DNA from: Squalus acanthias
Lineage: Eukaryota
Direction of reading: 5' to 3'
Length of the DNA stretch: 64,000 nucleotides
Assembly: GCA_030390025.1 (NCBI GenBank)
Contig: CM059431.1
Location: 133,364,001-133,428,000, forward strand
Numbering within the stretch: the stretch's first letter is position 1; every line of letters starts with the position of its first letter. Below the pieces are notes generated by a model, which was given only the letters and a program-made list of their open reading frames with translations, had not been told where the DNA came from and made no database searches. The position numbers were made by a program, and so were the translations under genes. This document shows positions 58,600 through 64,000 of the stretch, piece by piece.

Positions 58600-60283
58600 T
58601 GTAAGGGTTTGCGTGCGTGTCTCTCAGCCTGTGAGATTCGTGTGGCTCTGTGCAGCCTGTATGTCAGTGCGGGTTTAGGCCTTGTTGCCTGTTCTGGTCT
58701 CCAGCCAGTCTGGGAACACTAGACACACCTGTGAGTGGTTCGAATCACTCGCCCTTACGGTTCTAGACACTGGACTTAGATGCGAGAGCAGTAATGGAGA
58801 TGAAACTCATGTAGACTCGGTTGAATGGTACGAAATGGAAAATCTTTATTGCATAATGTTCAAGATTACGAAATACATGTCATAAGCACAGATTAATGAC
58901 AGTACAATCTTACACGCAGTTATGTAACTAATTCTAGGGAAACGAGGAACGAACGACACACCGTAAATGGGGGCACACATTACAATTATCCTTAGTACTT
59001 AAACCCTCCCCTATCAATATCTGTCCTAGCTAGATTCGTAGGATTCGAGACTCATGCTCACCACTCGTGATAACTCGGAGAAATTCCGAATAGCTGATCG
59101 GATGTTTTCACCGCAGCACCCACGTGTCGATCAGGGGGTCTCCTGGCCCCACTTGTTTACTTGCTTCTGCTCCGGCTAGCAGGCTGGAACGTCTGTTGTT
59201 ATGAAGATCTGTGTTTGTGGGTTTCACGTACCAGTCAACACTTAAGAGAATAATCTCTCGGTGTCCGTCATGAGGATCTGCCCTGATGGGTTTCACAGAC
59301 CAGTCAATACCTCAAAGAAGAATCTTCCGGGGTCCGTTCTTTAAAGTTCAAAGAAGTCTTCCTGGCAAGGAAAATTGTCTATTTGACCTACAGGCGCGGT
59401 CGGGGCTTACTGACCGTGGCGATAAGTATGGTCTTCGTCTCTTCTCATCTCATCTCATCTCTTCTCGGGCCTTTGGTTCCGATGCCGGTTACCAACACAG
59501 GTCTTCGTGACACGACACGAGGTAGATCCGAACGGATCACAAAGTTCAACAGTCTTTTAAAAGAGACACCAGGCAAACAGGAACAAGACGGCGAGTCAAG
59601 AACACAGGAGCAGCCACGAGGATGAACACCAGCAAGATAAGAGGATAAGAGAAAGATGGACGGTTTGGGGCTTGCAATTATAGTGCAAAATCTTCCGTTT
59701 CCCGCCCAACCTTAATGTCTTTTCTTTTGTTTGGGTTTGGCGCTCAAATGTCTTGTATAGGTGATCTCCGTTTTTAATGGGTTTCGGGGCTACTCGTAAA
59801 TGTCTGAGTACCTGTTAATATTTCTCCCATTGTTTAATCGGTCGGTGTTCTCCCTGGAGGGGTTTTGGGGCCTCCAAGTGTTTTCTGTAACTACCCGCTA
59901 ACGGCTCTCTCATCGTAGAGTCGTTGGGATTTTACATATTAATGTCTTTGGATGGGCCCTTGATTACTTGGTACAATAGCCTTTATTCGTACCCGGGAGA
60001 CCGATTTCAGTATCTATGTGTATACTGCAAACCCATGATGTCTCGTGTATTATCTTCAATGTGCTGAATCTTAATCGGTCTTGTACAAATGTTTATTGGA
60101 ACGCCATCTTGTCTGCCTGTCGAAAAGTCCAGAATGTTCCGCCACGAGGTGCGGCGGCCATTTTACAAGCTGCCTGTGTCCACTTTGAAACCTGACAGCA
60201 TTCTGCTGAAATAAAAGCTGTTTGAACGAAACTATGTGTTTTCTCCTTATTTAATAAAATCGCGATATATTGCGAATTCTACA
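58600..60283 (-). repeat. Putative 3' LTR (1684 bp)
   Basis: Minus strand starts TGTAGAA right after PPT-like ACAGGAGGGAC and ends CCCTTACA at the CR1 junction; AATAAA at 58850-45. The second LTR is not in the window. Confidence 0.7.
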
Positions 60284-60732
60284 GTCCCTCCTGTTGATGC
60301 GAATAACTCCGCTTATCGTATCAAAAATATTGTGGTGAGCAATATTATCTCGATTTTCTTCGAATCCAGAAAATTAATCCCATAACTTAACCTAGCTAGG
60401 GTCTTTGTGTCGTCCTTATTTCCCAAGAAAATTACATTTTATAGCACCGTAGGCATTATTTGCCTTTAAACTTACACCACTTGTTTTCCTTCCAGGCGTA
60501 ACCAGGCCGATGCCTCTCGTATCACCTGTATATTCACATTTTTTATTCAGGGGAAGGAAAAACAAAACCCAAAACCAAATAATCATTTTTAACTACAACA
60601 CCATCACCAAAATAATCGACACCAACTCTTAAAACACGTCGAGTTCCAAACGTATTTACAGTCTTTGAAAATCATGATCGAGTACAAACTTCCGCGGCGC
60701 ACGTGGCGAGCGGGAGTGACGCCATTTTCCGA

Positions 60733-63243
60733 TCACACGGTGCTTTCATCGTGCACGCGCACGTAACGTTCTCGCCACTCTCCCGTGTTTTCATGCTTGG
60801 TGAGGCGTTTGTCTCTTTTACAATGTACGACCAATAGGTACACTACAATAAAAACTTGGCATACGACTAAAATGTGGGAGGCTATCCTGATCCATGAAGG
60901 TACTTCAATATTGGTGAACAGATTCCACCACGGTGGAATTACTATATCCAGAATGTCTGTCCCTATCTCGACAGTTTTCTGCTCTAATGTGTAAAAATGT
61001 TTCTGTGACACCGCGACGGCTTTTAAAAGCTTGGTGAGGTGTTCAGGGAGAGGGGGAATGAGGTATCCGAAATGCGCGACGAATCGCTGCAAGTCGGTGA
61101 AATTCTCTTTTACCGTTAGATGAACAGTGGATGGTTCAGGGATTGGGACAATTCGCTGTTGTGCTACTTGAACTTCCGCCCTGGGTTTGAAACAGAAACT
61201 GCTGTCACTCACCGGACACCGGCTACGGTTTCCATGCTGGTAGTGTTGCGCTGCAGTGGTAACACAATATGTTCCACCCCCGATGTATGCTACCTGCGGA
61301 GGCACATGATCTTGTGCCATTGCCTCCATGGTGCAATTCATGGACTTGGCGCCAGCCGTTCTGAACCCGCACTGTGGTGTTAAAAAGGCATTCAAGTGCT
61401 GGGGACACAGTATTATGTGTGCTCCCCTGCCACGACAACCAGAGAGATCTGTACCTGTCATCGTTTGCTCCCAGCGGATGACGTAGGGTGGAACCGCTGC
61501 ATAGCGAATGTGGGCTCCCCCCTGAATGACACCAATGTTCTCTACCCGATACACCGGGGCGGGCTTTGCTGTGTCGCCCAAAACCGGCATACGTAATACT
61601 ATTCCCATGATAGTATGGTTTGATCGTCCGCAGTCCACGGGGACTGGGTAAGCTTCTGAAGCTAGCCTGAGCTGGCACGGGCTTAATGCGTTCTGAAAAG
61701 GGTGGAGCGCCCGCAGGTGTTTGTTACTTATCCAGGACGGGACCAAACCTTGTTTTAAATCCTCCAAATTACTGCGGCCCTCGCCCAGTAACCACGCCCC
61801 GTAAAGCACGCACACCTCGTTCTGCGCAGCTTGATCGGATGCATTCCGATCTTCCCTAATCAGGGCATTTACCGTCTTTGCATGTTTCTCTAACTCTGCT
61901 ATAATTTCCTTTAAATGGAGAGTCATGGCTTGGTCCTCGTGTAAACCCGACCCTACCACTTTATTCTCATCTGTTAGAATGTCTTTTAATTGTGTCTTTA
62001 AACCATTAATCTGGGTCTGCAGCTCCACACTGTCTAGAGCGTTGACCACAGATGTACCTGTGTTAAAAGCAGTGAACGCGTCGTTCACTACACCCCTTCT
62101 TTGCCTCCCTACTTGATCCAAAACTTCCTGTGGTGCGGTGTACAAACTTGTTTTATCAATTTCCGCGAAATCGAATTCGTAAAATTGTCTGAACATCTTG
62201 GTCAACAGGACCTGATACAACTGTTCCGTCTTTTTGGGGCACCACTCTGGTAACCGCACCTCGGTGAGATTTAAAATCACCGAGGCCACCGCGTAATGTA
62301 CCCCCTGGAATAGTATCTGGTCTGTGGGGACCAGTACCAAACCATTCCCGGGTCCCTTACTAGTTTTAGGGCACCCTTCCTCTTCAGCTAGAACCACCGG
62401 AATCGTGGGCGGGGCTTTGCGTGGGCGCGTAATGAGTTCAGTGGCATTTACCGGGATCGAAGAGTATGGGGCTCCGCACCCCCTGGTGCTCGCATCCCAC
62501 CTCATCCCCTGTCCGTTATCCTGCCATTGATTAATGAAAAATATGGAGATGCCTTTGGGGCAAGCGTACTTTGACCCCCACATGCATACATAAATTCCCT
62601 CATCCGGTTCCCACCATTTGTCCCAACAGACTCTCACTTGTCCGTTTGTCCCCGTAATTGTCCGATGGGTATTATTACCCAGTCGTTCCCACTCGACCGA
62701 AGAGTTCCTCATAGTTTTGCTCAGCTTTCGCAGCCACCACCATCGGCTCAATGGGACATTCCCATTACAAGTCAAACAAATCCGTTTGCCGACGGTGACG
62801 CTGATCCTGGGTGCGATGATCCTTACTTTGGGGCACATTAAAGAAGTCTCTTGGTAGGCAAACCCCGATGTGCTGGAATACTCCGTTGAGTTCGTTCCCA
62901 GCCATCCTGGCCACCTTCCCTTGTGGAAATAGGTGGTGGTCTCCTCAGCCTCCCGTCTTCCGGTCCCATCCACCGCGATGGGGGCCGTGTCCCCGGAGCA
63001 TCCAAACACCACGACATCCTTGGTGCGGCCTCGATAGGCCAATCCACATCCGATTGCCGCGAGCAATACTAGAATTCGTTCCATCCTTCCTTGGTTCCTG
63101 TGATCAGATAGAATGAGGTAGCCAGCCTCGCAAGAGTCTCTGGCTTTTGTGAAGGGTGAGCGGGTCCCCTGACCTCGCCTCACGTAAACTTCAACGTTCG
63201 CTGAATAAACTTTAACTAGACCTATCTCTAAAGCTCCCATCAT
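60733..63243 (-). CDS. env: Envelope/class I fusion glycoprotein (likely start Met at 63084, 783 aa) with an N-terminal Ig-like domain
   Basis: Uninterrupted ORF. Signal peptide MERILVLLAAIGCGLA; furin site RQRR (62106-62095); hydrophobic peptide and heptads; Cys-rich ectodomain; TM IASHILVVCQVFIVVYLLVVH; short basic tail. Confidence 0.85.
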   Translation of the reverse strand: MMGALEIGLVKVYSANVEVYVRRGQGTRSPFTKARDSCEAGYLILSDHRNQGRMERILVLLAAIGCGLAYRGRTKDVVVFGCSGDTAPIAVDGTGRREAEETTTYFHKGRWPGWLGTNSTEYSSTSGFAYQETSLMCPKVRIIAPRISVTVGKRICLTCNGNVPLSRWWWLRKLSKTMRNSSVEWERLGNNTHRTITGTNGQVRVCWDKWWEPDEGIYVCMWGSKYACPKGISIFFINQWQDNGQGMRWDASTRGCGAPYSSIPVNATELITRPRKAPPTIPVVLAEEEGCPKTSKGPGNGLVLVPTDQILFQGVHYAVASVILNLTEVRLPEWCPKKTEQLYQVLLTKMFRQFYEFDFAEIDKTSLYTAPQEVLDQVGRQRRGVVNDAFTAFNTGTSVVNALDSVELQTQINGLKTQLKDILTDENKVVGSGLHEDQAMTLHLKEIIAELEKHAKTVNALIREDRNASDQAAQNEVCVLYGAWLLGEGRSNLEDLKQGLVPSWISNKHLRALHPFQNALSPCQLRLASEAYPVPVDCGRSNHTIMGIVLRMPVLGDTAKPAPVYRVENIGVIQGGAHIRYAAVPPYVIRWEQTMTGTDLSGCRGRGAHIILCPQHLNAFLTPQCGFRTAGAKSMNCTMEAMAQDHVPPQVAYIGGGTYCVTTAAQHYQHGNRSRCPVSDSSFCFKPRAEVQVAQQRIVPIPEPSTVHLTVKENFTDLQRFVAHFGYLIPPLPEHLTKLLKAVAVSQKHFYTLEQKTVEIGTDILDIVIPPWWNLFTNIEVPSWIRIASHILVVCQVFIVVYLLVVHCKRDKRLTKHENTGEWRERYVRVHDESTV

Positions 63244-63380
63244 TTTATCATTTTCTGTTAAAATTAAACTACAAACTTAACCTTATTTAAAACTATAAAC
63301 TTATAACCTTAAACTATAAACTTAGAAACCTATCCTAAACTTATTACTGTACAGCGCCGCCCGTACTCAGGGCGGCCCCT

Positions 63381-63998
63381 TTAAATTCTGAGAAGGCTGC
63401 TGCGAGCTCTTCCCGACGGTGGGAGGGCACTGACCCTTTCCTTTGATCTGCCGCAGCCTGTTGCTGTTGCGATGGGACCGGATCCTATCTGGGCTGCCTT
63501 AACCTTAAGTCTGCGCCTTGGGGCAGTCTGGGGACATGACCACATCTTCCTGGGCTGGGGTGCCCGACCTGACCTACGAGGAGTTGTCGGGGGCATGAAC
63601 CCCAGGACCGACGGACCGGGTTCCGAGACTTCCACCGGGACGACCTGTGGTTCCACCACAGTCGCTGGCTCCGCCTCCGCTGACTCCGCCTCCCTAACCT
63701 CGGGACTTGCAGCTTGTGGCTCCGCCCTGCTCGGCCCAGCAGGCGGCCCTTCACTCGCGATCCCTGCCTCCCCCGAGGGCGGGACGTTCAAAGCGGGCGG
63801 CTCGGGCTCGGAGGTTCTCACCGTCACTCCCTGTGGTCTCACAGCGGCTGGCTCCGCCTCCCCTAGCTCCTCCCTCCTGTGTTCGGGACCTGCAGCCTCT
63901 GTGTCCACCCTGTGCGGATCTCCATCTGCAGCCCGTGTCCTCCCTATACCTAAAATGGGGGCGACCCTTTCGTTCCCCAAATCCCCCTCGTCTTCATC
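63381..63998 (-). CDS. C-terminus of an upstream ORF (Pro/Glu/Ala-rich; pol tail or accessory protein), open to the window edge
   Basis: No stop from the window edge to TAA 63381. Internal repeat EAEPAxV.PQ.V.V..SEP and a PRRSGR motif. Confidence 0.55.
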   Translation of the reverse strand, partial: DEDEGDLGNERVAPILGIGRTRAADGDPHRVDTEAAGPEHRREELGEAEPAAVRPQGVTVRTSEPEPPALNVPPSGEAGIASEGPPAGPSRAEPQAASPEVREAESAEAEPATVVEPQVVPVEVSEPGPSVLGFMPPTTPRRSGRAPQPRKMWSCPQTAPRRRLKVKAAQIGSGPIATATGCGRSKERVSALPPSGRARSSLLRI

Positions 63999-64000
63999 AC

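Larger units (their letters stand above)
58600..64000 (-). mobile_element. 3' end of an env-bearing LTR retroelement / endogenous retrovirus-like element (continues beyond the window)
   Basis: Order on -: low-complexity ORF, env-like ORF, ~450-nt spacer, purine tract, TG..CA-bounded terminal segment abutting CR1. Confidence 0.8.

Overview
Eukaryotic vertebrate DNA, most likely a cartilaginous fish (inferred from the repeat families: CR1 with SGNH ORF1, V-SINE, Deu-domain SINE, Penelope termini). It is almost entirely nested transposable elements, and no host protein-coding gene is supported. Contents: (i) a PIF/Harbinger swarm with 12-15-bp TIRs and 3-bp TSDs, including one apparently intact autonomous copy (31201-35544; 386-aa DDE transposase plus a convergent three-exon 488-aa Myb/SANT protein), decayed copies and MITE-like derivatives; (ii) CR1 LINEs, including a full-length copy whose 5' end is a CpG-rich 44-bp monomer array; (iii) a second CR1/L2-group LINE family, plus RTE and L2 relics; (iv) Penelope pieces with minimal hammerhead ribozymes; (v) three solo-LTR-like insertions; (vi) at the right edge, the 3' end of an LTR retroelement with a 1.7-kb LTR and an uninterrupted env ORF that looks like a paramyxo/baculovirus-F-type fusogen carrying an extra N-terminal Ig-like domain. 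All family assignments come from motif recognition by eye, not database searches. There is a 500-N gap at 1349-1848.
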